47,064 bases of DNA from Chromera velia (Eukaryota). A program made the translations under genes and the position numbers. How positions within the stretch are numbered: position 1 is the first letter of the stretch; each line of letters starts with the position of its first letter. The stretch is from positions 1-47,064 of the forward strand of contig JAHBMJ010000523.1 in assembly GCA_018398765.1 (NCBI GenBank). The letters run 5' to 3'. Under the pieces are notes generated by a model. That model was not told where the DNA came from, made no database searches, and was given only the letters and a program-made list of their open reading frames with translations. Shown one piece after another: positions 32,835-43,875 of this stretch.

Positions 32835-33158
32835 GAGAGAAGCCGAGAAACTCAGACAGAAAAATACATGCTCTCAGCAGAGGAAGGATTTAGGGAAGGG
32901 GGGGGGGTGCAGCTGTTGAAGCTGCCAGGTGAAGGATGGAAGGAAGTGAGGGGCGGCAGATTATGGGAAGTAGGGGGGAAAGGTTGGGCGTAGAATGAAT
33001 GAGGGGAGGGAGGTTTGTTTGTTTGGTTCGTTTGTATGCGAGCAAAGGAAAGAAGGAAGACCTTCGGGACAGGTGCTGTTGATGTTGTGGTCAGGCGCGG
33101 GGGAGGGCTCGAGGGGGGTGTAGGAAGGACTCGGAGGGCAGGACAAAGAATTCAAGTG

Positions 33159-33194
<36 letters not shown>

Positions 33195-35087
33195 TGGAAG
33201 ATGCTTCTTCGGTCGGGGCAGCATCAAACGGATGTGTGTGGTTTCAAACAACAGCAGCTGCAGATGCAGACAGACAGACTCATCCGATAGCGGAGACTGT
33301 AAAGCAGCTGTTGTTTACTTCCAAAACAAGAATAGACACGCAGAAAGGTCGGCACGCAGACAATTAAAAATTCCACCACGCAGAAGGCGAATGAAGAAAC
33401 GGATGAGTACTGCAAAGAGAAGGAAGCTCATATCCATCCTGTGCTGTGGATCGTGCCTTCTGGATTGTTTCTACGCTTGATTCTGTCTTTGAAGAATGGT
33501 ACCCGATTCTGCGCTGTTTAATTCGTTTCGATGGAAAGGAGTCGTTTTGATTTTGTCCGAATACATGCAAATTGCTACCACGCCTGCATCGAGAGAATAT
33601 CGTTTTGATTGATTGTTTATTCGCTCGTCTCTGTGCACGCCCATAGAACGTTGACAGCTCTTACTTCTCTGTGTACCCTCATCTACTTGCTCCTTCTTTC
33701 CCTCACGATTCGTGGACTCCGTTGCTGACAGAGACAAAGAGTGCATTTGCACGTCCACCTTTGTATTGTTTGATTGAGTCACACTGAGAAGGAAGAAGGA
33801 GTGTATGGGGGAATGAGGGAGCGCATGATGCAAGAGAGAGGGTAGCAGGGGGAGCCTGTCTGGCTGGCCGAGACACAGACGGTGTGTGAGAGCCAGAGAA
33901 GTAAATGGCAGACGAAGCAGAGAGAGTGTGAGGGTACGGGCAATGGCACAGACAGCCCCTTTGAGCAAATACAGAAACAAAAGAACCTGCACACATCCCC
34001 ACTGTCCCAGCGGGAAGGGAAGAAGATGCTCAGACTTCAACGCTGTTCCTCATTCAGGTAGCACAAACGAGTGGGAAAGAAATCAGCTGGATAAATGAAT
34101 GTCTCGAACTCCAAAGGCAATCAACCAAAGTTCGCATCGACATTCTGTCGAATTCATTCGACCACGGCAGAGAGAGACACGGACCAAGAAGGAGGACACT
34201 GCGCTTTACCGATTGGTTGCTCGGTCTTTCTTCACAACAATCGCATTACATGACACTCCCTCTCCCTCCTTCCCTCCCTGATTCTTCCTCAACTAACCAA
34301 CCCACCGACCGAGTGACCAAACCAGGCGCAACACGACGCCATTAGCACCGTTCTTCATGTCTGCCAGCCTGCCAGCGTGTCTTCCTGTCTGTCAGTCTTC
34401 CTGTGATTCATTGCGAAGGAATTAAGGTTTTCGATTGATTTTACTGCATGTAGGGCGTTCGCTGAGCTGTCTCCCCGCCCTTAACGGTCCATTAGCCGGC
34501 ATGCTCGTCGAATCGGGGACGCTCGGTGTAGTCTTTTTGTTTGCACATGCACAGCCGAATTAATGAAAACATCAATCAGGGATTCAATGGGGGAATGCAT
34601 GTAGCAGATTGCATCGGCATGCATGCACACGTGGATGGAAGACTGTGCATGCACGTACCTCCACGGTAAATGGCTTCAAAGTTGCTTCAACTTGATCACT
34701 CGCACGCACATTGAATTCATTCATTCACCACTCATTTGCCTGTCCGCTTGCTTGTTTCCTGCCTGCTTGACCAGCCTGCCTGTCTTCAAAGTTGATCACC
34801 TTACTCTCAGCTGCCTGTTTGCAGAATTTGACTAGCATGGCAGTCATTGGCAGATGCATGTCTGAAGTAAGTCATGTGTTTCTAGATATGTTTGTGGATC
34901 AACCTTGGCATCCGTATATGCGAGTAGCAATTGTGGTTCAATAATGATCGACTCACTGGCGATCTCAGTTTTTTTGTCAAGACAGACCCCATGCAAAAAC
35001 ATGTGCAAAGGAATTCAAAGCAATTTGAATATCGTATTGCCAATTTGCCAAAAACAACTCCAATTTAAAAGTTACATGATATTCACT

Positions 35088-35477
35088 ACCCTAGGCAACA
35101 AAATTATTGAATAAAATTTTTGAGTTTGGTAAAATTTCATTTTTGGGGACGACATTGGATCAAGCTCCCTTCTTTGAAAGTTTTAGAGCCAGTGTAGTTG
35201 CTAGTATGATACTAGGGCTGTATTGGCTCATCTTTGCCTATATAACTACTATTGAAACCAACACACCCAATTTGAGACCCCTAGGGTCGTTCGCGGTATA
35301 TAAAAAACATATTTTCACAAGATTAATAGCAAATAGATATAGAATAGCCTTAACACAATAACAAAATAAAACCATTTTAAAAACAATTTAATTAAAAGTA
35401 TTGTTTCCTTCTTTGCTTTATCTCTTTGATTTTTTTTTATCACTTGAAGTTTATTCAATAATTTTGTTGTCTAGGGT
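35088..35477. mobile_element. MITE-like element, copy 1 (390 bp, 28-bp terminal inverted repeats)
   Basis: 5' ACCCTAGGCAACAAAATTATTGAATAAA and 3' TTTATTCAATAATTTTGTTGTCTAGGGT form an inverted repeat with 1 mismatch; near-identical second copy at 36413-36801; no credible coding capacity. Confidence 0.8.
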
Positions 35478-36412
35478 GTGAAGGCAAAAATTGACATTTC
35501 TCATGTTTTAATTTTTCACTTTGTTTTCACAGTCAATTTGAACAGTACAATAACACTGAGAAAGTTGTTTTTCTGTCATGTAATACATCTTGTATTACAT
35601 TTTCTTTACTGTCAAAACAATCTTTTGTTCTCTTTATTTTATAGATGTAATGTAACACTTAAGGTGCAATACAGTGTTTATGTAGGGAAAGCGATGAATT
35701 CACAAACATAACAACAAAAAACCCCAAGAAGAACAAAAGTAATAGAATACAATAAAACATTACAACATTATGTTTTCTTTTAAAGCAAAACCATATTAAA
35801 AAACAAAAGCTGTATAGTACTTTTATAGAATAATTGTGATCGTGTTTTCTATGGTGTAAACGATTTTTTCTAAAAACGATACATTTTTTACATAACGAAA
35901 GTTTTAAAATTTTTATTCACCCTTGACTAATTATGAAGCAAATTATAAAAAGTACCATAAGTCTTCTTGACAATAATTAGCTTAACTGTTCTTGTTCTAC
36001 AGTCAGCTAAAGGTAGATGATGCACAAAGATTTTTGTTCAGATTTCTTATTATCGCTCACATTTTTTGTATGTGATATAGTTTTCTTCTCTACCTACACC
36101 AGCAAGCAACATATATACAAACAAACATGCAAAAAGAAAGTTGTTTTTGTTTATAGTTTTATAGCTAAACAAATGTACCCTCATAGTGTTGGAAGCTTAC
36201 TCAAAAAAGTAAAACAAACATAGGAAAAAATTCGGTATCGGAAATGTAACTTAATGACCTCACGTTATACTATGTTTCTCACTCAATATCGTTGTTAAGA
36301 AACAAAGACAAGGTATATAATCCTGTAGTTTAACAACAAAGTTAAATAAAAATTATAAGCTTTAAATGCTTTAAGACTTGTCCATTTAATCTGTAAATGT
36401 TGATCGTTGTAC

Positions 36413-36801
36413 ACCCTAGGCGATAAAATTATTGAATAAAATTTTTGAGTTTGACGTAATTTTATTTTTGGGGACGACATTGGATCAAGCTCCCTTCTTT
36501 GAAAGTTTTAGAGCCAGTGTAGTTGCTAGTATGATACTAGGGCTGTATTGGCTCATCTTTGCCTATATAACTACTATTGAAACCAATACACCCAATTTAA
36601 GACCCCTAGGGTCGTTCGCGGTGTATAAAAAACATATTTCACAAAATTAATAGCAAATAGATATAGAATAGCCTTAACACAATAACAAAATAAAACCATT
36701 TTAAAAACAATTTAATTAAAAATATTGTTTCCTTCTTTGCTTTATCTCTTTGATTTTTTTTTATCACTTGAAGTTTATTCAATAATTTTGTCGTCTAGGG
36801 T
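36413..36801. mobile_element. MITE-like element, copy 2 (389 bp), direct repeat of 35088-35477
   Basis: 5' ACCCTAGGCGATAAAATTATTGAATAAA, 3' TTTATTCAATAATTTTGTCGTCTAGGGT; my manual alignment to copy 1 shows 13 substitutions and a 1-nt indel. Confidence 0.8.
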
Positions 36802-38474
36802 AGTATTTACTAGCTAGTAAAGCAATTACATACATGCACTAGCAGCTTAAACATGATATAGTACGGCTCTTTTCATTGAAAAACGGATGGTATTTAAATT
36901 ATATATATGCAGTATGTATACTATTGTCTCATATATATCTATAACAGTATAATAATCCGTTTACCTGAGTCTCTCAAAATTTATTAGTATTTCTTAGTAA
37001 CACATTTAGTTTTTTAAAATTAATTGGTACGTCTTCTGCATAGTACTATTAAGCTAACTTTTAAAACTATTTGTTGCTTAAATTTCATAATATTTAAATT
37101 TTTAAATTATACATCTGAGTGTTATGTGTTATTCCTGAACTTTTACCAATTACTAGTAGTAGTAGACACTGTGAGACAGTACCGTATCAGTACGAGCATG
37201 CATAATTATTCAAAGCATCGATCGTTTTGCTTTTATATTATCAATTTTTAATTTAGATTTTAACTCTGTCTTGTACATATAAATCAACATTAATTCTGTA
37301 TTTGTTTTATATTTTCATAATTTGTTTTTATTGAAAATTGCACTGTCTTCCAGCCTAGGCTGCCTAACTCTGAGAAGACTCCGAGCTAGACTCCGAGTCG
37401 GATGTGCAAGTTAGCAGTCCATTTCTGGGTTAATGGTCTCCTCCGGCCGTATATGCATATAGAGCTTGCCAGCCCGAAAGGAGAAAGAACTATACATACA
37501 TCGGAACCTGAAGATGCCATCACTGGCATGCATCCCCTTGAAGTCTTCTTCTAGGTCTTCTTTCAGATCGAGCGCCGAGCGATGGAACAGTGCGCTCGAT
37601 GACTGATCATGAATTCATTTTTTGTCTTTTGACCGGTCAGACTACCTGTGTCTTTCATCTGCTTGTCTGCCTGCTTTTGTATTTGTTTGTAAGTGTGCCC
37701 GCCTGCCTGTCTTTTAATCCCCCCAACCCGTCCAACAGTTCTCCTTTGAAGTGCTCTCGGCCCTTCAGACCATTGTCTTCTTTTTCTTTCCCTCTTCTCA
37801 CGTGCACATCCCCCCACTCCTTCACTTCTTTTGTCTGCTGCCTGTTCCCTTCCCCTGTACCCGAAAGAAAAAAGAAAACGTATGATATGCACAACATGGG
37901 CCAGCGGTTGTACAGAGAAACAGACGGACAGTCGGTGAAGTGGACAGACAAATGTTGTCCATTCATTCATTCATCCATCCATTCATCAAATCATGGATTC
38001 GATTGTCCACTTGATAATTGATTGATTGAATGGATTATTCGCCCAATCCTGAATAAAACCGGGGGATGGAAAGTATCTAGGAAAGTATTGGAGCAAAAAC
38101 AAAGAGAAACGTGTTGAAGCACCGTTGGAAGGATCGAGAACTTGAAGACAGAGGTCAATCCAAAGAGACGCCTGTCGGTCATTCATCGAATTAATTTTCT
38201 TTTTCACATCTTCTCCCCACTCGCAAGTCACGAGGAAAGAAGAAAGAAGACATACAGGGTCGGCAGGAAAGAAGCCCGTCAGCTGCCTGCCTTCCCCTTT
38301 TTCTGGTCATTTCTGTACGGTGGTATGTGACGTTCATTCAATTTCCTTTTTCTGTCTTGATTTCAGCATACAGGCAGATCGAGTAGGTCAGTTTTTACTC
38401 TTACTTTCCTCCTTTTCCCCCCTTGTCATTGTGTGTCTCTTGTGAGTGCAGGCAAGGACATGTATGCAGACAGA

Positions 38475-40670
38475 TTAGACAGGCTTTCTGCAGCAGCATC
38501 CGCAGCAGCACACAAGGAAGTTTCCTGCGTAGAAGAGGATCAGTCCAACCACACCAAGGTAGAACATGGACCCCAAAGAATACGAGAAAGAGGCGTACTC
38601 TCCGATGCTGCCTGCACCCAGGTTCTCTGCCATCATCGGCATGATTCCGAAGAAGATGATGGGGATGCCCACGCAGATGCCTCCAATCTGTCCCAAAATT
38701 CCGGTGAGACAGTCGAAGCACCTGAAGGAAGGACGCAGATACGAACAGCGCAAAGAGTGAAATACATAGAGAAGGTCCATGGAGCGAGAAGGAGAGATCA
38801 TGGATGACTCGCAAAGCAATTCTGAAGGCATCGAAGGAAGGGTGAGGAAGTGCAGTTCTCAGGAACAGAAGAGGATTTGTCTGTTGAAGAAGAAGGACGT
38901 AGATAAACATTAACGAGGAAACGATGCCTGCATGTTCTTCGAAACTGTCGACTGTGTGTGTGAATTGACAGACCTTGCACAGATATTGAGCATCGACACA
39001 AGCTGAAGGCCGCAGCAGGCAGCTGCACAGGCGAGACCGATGATCATCGGGTACAGAATTCCTTGGTGGATCTCGCAAAGCTGGGAGTAGGGGTAGATCT
39101 GCAGTCAGTCAACCAAGCAAAAGGAGGGGGACAGGGGGACGAGGAGGAGATTTGATGACATGCATGGGATGGGGCAGAGAAAAGCTTTGGAGAAGACAAG
39201 AGAAGAGGACGATGTTGGAGTGGAAACGGGCGTCGAGCAAAACTGGAAGAAGACGCTACTTTCTTTCCAAGGAACAAAGAGAGAGGGCTGGAGGGAGGGA
39301 GGAGGGTGGCTTCCGATGCTTTGCGGCACGAAATTGAAGGAAACCACGCACACGTAGACATGCAGAGATATGGACGCAAGGGAAGAGCAAAAGAAAGAGA
39401 GATCAGGGAGAAGGGCAACCAACTGACTCCTCCTGCATTCTCAAACGCCAAGAGAGAGTCGTCGTCGCACTTGTTGATTTTCAGAAGTGTCACTCCTGCA
39501 GGAAACGGGAAGAAAAGGGGAATTCATCGTATTGTCCTCAGGGTAGATGGACAAAGACAAGCAAAAACGCGAATGCCCTCAAGTCTGTTTTTTCAGCAGC
39601 TGAGTTTGGGGACTGTTGCAATGGTTATGGTTCATTGTAGCTTCCAAGAGCAATCACGAAGCGATGAGGTAGACGGACAGAGTGACAAAAGGGCACACAG
39701 AAACACAGCTAAACAGAGAGACACGCAGGCATACAGACTGCAGGTCTTCTCTTTCCTGCTTTCCTTTCTTTCCCTCCCCTTCCCCTGTCACGAGTCAAAA
39801 TGGGATCAAAGGACAGGCACAGAAACGGACGAAAAGACTGCATGGCTCCTTTCGGCTTCCTTTCATTGCACTCTTTCACGAAAATTCATTTGCTTTTCTC
39901 TCTCAAGACCCACCCACCGATAGACAGACGACATGTCTCTTCTTTTTCCCATATACACTCATGCATACATACATACATACATACAGACGCGCACAGACAG
40001 ACATAAAGGCAGACAAACGGACGGACCGACCCTCAGGGTTGCAGGAGGAGTTCAGGTCTCCGCACTCTTCCCCTGTGGTGCCGGTCCCGACCTTCTGCTC
40101 AACACAGGCGTCAACTGCAGAGCGAGGACCAACAGGCAGATACATGCATACACAATTGCGTGTATAGAAGGGATGCATATTTACGAAGAAGATTGCAAAG
40201 TACAGCACAGGAAGTGTGTCAAGCAATCTGACACTGAAAGAACCTTGGCTGAGGAATCCATGACAATTTGCGGAAAGCTTTGAGAAGATCGGTTGCACAA
40301 GAACAGAAGAGAGGTCTCACAATACGCGCACATACAGAACACTGTTTCGACAAGATATCGATTTCATCAAACACCATGTTCAATCAAAGAGCCAACTGAC
40401 ACATTCCGAGCCTGGATGAGTGTTCTACTGGAGGGAATCCCTTGTCCGCTTCACAGTTTTCTGTGTACTTCTGCTCGAGCATGTTGACCTCAAGGTTCGC
40501 AACGAGCAACAGAATGAAGGCCGCGGCTGCAGACACACAAACAACGGATGGGAGAAAGCACACATTGTTGTACCTCGAAACACATTCCATCACGGGGGGA
40601 AGAAAGAGAAGAGTTGATTGCAGGGCAACTTACCATAGCAGAGTGCTGCAATCAAACTGCACAAGCGCAT
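38475..40670 (-). CDS. Claudin/PMP22-superfamily-like four-transmembrane protein, 228 aa
   Basis: Six phase-consistent GT-AG exons: 40670-40634, 40526-40401, 40114-40031, 39495-39428, 39098-38974, 38721-38475 (687 nt). TM1 LIAALCYAAAFILLLVANL; loop 1 with RLGMFDAC...C (claudin GLWxxC-like); TM2 ILYPMIIGLACAAACCGLQLVSML; TM3 CLTGILGQIGGICVGIPIIFFGIM; TM4 YSLGSMFYLGVVGLILFYAGNFLV; tail CCCGCCCRKPV. Confidence 0.82.
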
Positions 40671-41363
40671 CGTTGGAGGTGAAGATTGAAGGAGAACAGC
40701 GTTGGTGTTTTCAGATACACAATCCAGTTGGGACCAGTAGGTGTTGCACAGAAGAAATCCAGCTGGGTGGCAGATTCTTTGTTTGCAGAGGATACTTTGA
40801 AGTACGGGACAGCTGATGTTGACAGACCGAAACGTTTTGTCCTGACTTTTTCTTTCACCCAAAGAGCTTGATGTCAGAATCCCCTGCTCGATCCTGTGAA
40901 TTCCTTATATACAAAAACGACCACAAAGTAAAATGTATATTCCTTATATATGAATACACACATCTTTTTGCCGTCTGCACGATCTGTATATATGTGTTTT
41001 TGTTTTCACTTTTTTTTCCCCTTAATTTCTGTATGCGTATTGGCGTACGTGCCGGCGCTGCGGGGTGCGCGGCACCCTGCAATTGTGGGGCGTTTCGGTT
41101 TGCTGACAGTTTGTTGTACGGGCCCGCTGCACGAAAACCGCTACTGACTGCGCGGAAGGCTGGCGTCGACGACTCCATGCACAATTCGTGTTTCTTTGTT
41201 GCTGCTTCGTCACGCTTAATTTGTCTCTGTTAGATTGAACCTCTACTTGCACAGTCACGGCTGAAACGCGAACGTACCTCTCTGTAAAGACTTCTGTGCT
41301 TTCTCTCTGCCACTGCCCGCCTCCCTTCCTTGATTTTGATCGATCTCCCAAGAAAAGCACAAA

Positions 41364-43361
41364 ATGGCTGCCAAGCTGGGTCTTTGCGGGAAACCCCCAG
41401 TGGATGATGCAGGCAAAGCATTGTCCATCAGGCTGTTCAACTTCTCTTCTCCCAATATGAAGAATTTTCACTGGGCATGGTACGGTTTCCATATCGGATT
41501 CTTTGCCTGGTACTCCATCGCAGGTCTCTCTTCGTACATTAAGAAAGAGTTTCCTCTGTCAGATGCCGAATACGCTGAGTCAGTGATGCTTTCTGTTGCA
41601 TCCACCATCGTCATGCGATTCGCCTTTGGCCCTATTTGCGATAAGTTCGGGCCTAGGCTTTCGATGTCAATGATCCTGATTTTCGGCTCCATTCCTGTGG
41701 CGCTGTTTTATTTCGTTCGAGGGTGCGTTTCTTGTCTCTACGCCCTTCGTTTCGCAATTGGCTTTCTCGGCGCTACCTTTGTGCCTTGCCAATTCTACAC
41801 CTCTCAGTTCTTCGCTCCGTCAGTCGTTGGAGCCGCCAACGCGTTCTCTGGGGGGTGGGGCAACGCCGGGGCAGGAGTGACCATCATTGTGATGCCCTAC
41901 CTTCTCCACGCCTTCACCAGTGGAGGCATGGCCGACTCCGAAGCCTTGAACTATGTCTTCCTGATTCCTGCTGCTGCGACGTTTCTGTCCGGAATCGCCA
42001 TCTACTTTTTGTCTGACGACTGCCCCCAGGGTGCCTGGAAGAACCGTGCTCTTCCTGGTGAGACCTCCGAGCAGGCAGCAGAGAGATGCAGACTCCGCGA
42101 CGAGGCTGCCCAGGAAGGAGCGGAGGAGGCGAAGGAGAAAGTGCCGTTCTCCCAGTCCCCTCTTGCAAAGTCCCTGTACGATGTCGTCAAAAACGCCAAC
42201 ACAGCCTGTCTGGCCTTTCAGTACATGGCATCGTTCGGCGTGGAGATGATCTTGAACCAATTCATGGTTCTGTACTTCCTCGCTTCCTTCAAGGATGCGG
42301 ACGGTAACCCTCCGATCGATCCGAAGATTGGCGGTGTGCTCGTTGGCATTCTGGCCCTTCTGAATCTGTTCTCTCGTGCTACAGGCGGGATCATCTCCGA
42401 CTACCTCAACAAATACCTGTCGATGAGTGGTCGTATCATGGTCCACTTCTGTGCGCTGATCCTTGAGGGAGCGTTCATGCTGGTGTTCGTGGCGATGCCC
42501 GACATCTGGTCCGCATACGCGGTCGCCATCGTCTTCTCCTTCTTTGCACAGGTCTGTTGGTAGGGGGACGGGGGAAGTGTGCTTCTCTTTTCCAGTTGCT
42601 TGCTTCGTCGCCAGTTGTATGTCGATTCTCTTTTGTCTTTTCTCTTGATGGTATCTTCCTGGGAGGTCGTGTGTGTGTCGTGTGTCTCTCACACGTAGTT
42701 GTGTGTCTATCCGTCTGCCTGTCTGTCTTTTGAAGGGAAGGAAAGAGACGAGAAGAAAATACGCATGATATTTCTGTCCGTCTGTCTCTCCATCTGTCTG
42801 ATTGGTCGTTTTGTTCTCTTGTCTTTTGTTCTTTCTTTTTTGTCTGCTGTGTACATGAAAAGAAGGAGTGAGTAGAAGAAACACATAGTCTGTCTACCAG
42901 ATTGTTTGTCCACCTACCTGTACCGAGCAGGGAAAGTCTAGAAATCAAGAAAAATGTTAACCTTCTTTCTGTGTTTCTGTGTGCAGGCCGCCAACGGCAC
43001 CTGTTATTCCATCGTCCCGTCCGTCTCTCCGTACAAGGGGATGATCTCGGGGTTGGTCGGGGCGGGAGGGAACCTGGGTGTGATTGTCTTCGCCGTCATC
43101 TTCAAGGCCTTCGGTGACAACATGCGCATGGCTTTCCAGGTCATCTCGCTCTTCTGCTTTGCCGCCGCTGCCCTCTGCCTGGTCCTCCGAGTGAACGGCC
43201 AATGGATCGTGCCCAACGCAGCCACCAGGGAGGCCGTTGCGGCAGAGAAGGCCAAGCAAGCCCCTGCAAAGAAGACCAGCGTTGCGCTGGAGAGCCAACA
43301 GACCATGGGACAGTCTGCAGTCGTTGCCGGTATTGAGCCTGAGCCCGCTCCTGTGAATTAA
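41364..43361 (+). CDS. NRT2: High-affinity nitrate/nitrite transporter (NRT2/NarK, NNP family of the MFS), 520 aa
   Basis: Exons 41364-42551 and 42987-43361 (phase-0 intron). N-terminal FHWAWYGFHIGFFAWY; conserved Arg motifs MRFAFGPICDKFGPR and SRATGGIISD; nitrate signatures GGWGNAGAG and GLVGAGGNLG; YMASFGVE. Confidence 0.95.
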
Positions 43362-43837
43362 GGGAGCAGCAGGTGCATACACTCACACAGAGACACAGGG
43401 AAGAGGCAAGAGAGAGAGAAAGAGAGAAGGTAAAGGATGGTGCGAAGCCGTTAAGACGAAAAAAAGGGGGACGGACGAACAGACAGACAGGCAGAAAACG
43501 AGCGACGTAGAAGTTTGGGCTTCCGTCTCCTCAATCATGAAGAGATGACGGCACCGTGACATTCCTGGACGGGCTGTTTGGTTTTGCTTTGCTCCTATCC
43601 CTGTCAGACTGTGCATTTGCTTCTGTCCTTGTCAGAGTGGGCGTTTGAAAATGCGTTTGTCTTGTGTCTGTACGGTTGGATTGGATTCTATTCCATTGGT
43701 TCCTCTTTTTTCTTGCTCCACCAGTCCAATTGTGGGCCCGTTTCCTTCTCTTCTTCCTTCTCTTTGGATGTGCGCTACGTTCCTTCCGGACGGACAGTCT
43801 TGTCGGTCCTGATTGGAAAGAGCGCAAGAGAAAGGTA

Positions 43838-43875
<38 letters not shown>

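Larger units (their letters stand above)
34900..37340. repeat. Large AT-rich repeat-derived island containing both MITE copies
   Basis: Strongly AT-rich compared with flanking genes; only short spurious ORFs. Confidence 0.6.

Noticed and set aside
35107..36650. Duplicated short hydrophobic ORFs (35107-35361, 36432-36650) as a small membrane-protein pair or as LTRs
   Set aside because: They start at TTG inside the TIRs and differ by a frameshift; the repeats lack TG...CA ends, a primer-binding site and a polypurine tract, so MITE is the simpler reading.
41820..42884. 354-aa minus-strand ORF overlapping NRT2 (likewise 28234-29271 opposite the CDPK and 18839-19528 opposite the RAP-like exon)
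   Set aside because: Antisense shadows of coding exons; no recognisable motifs.
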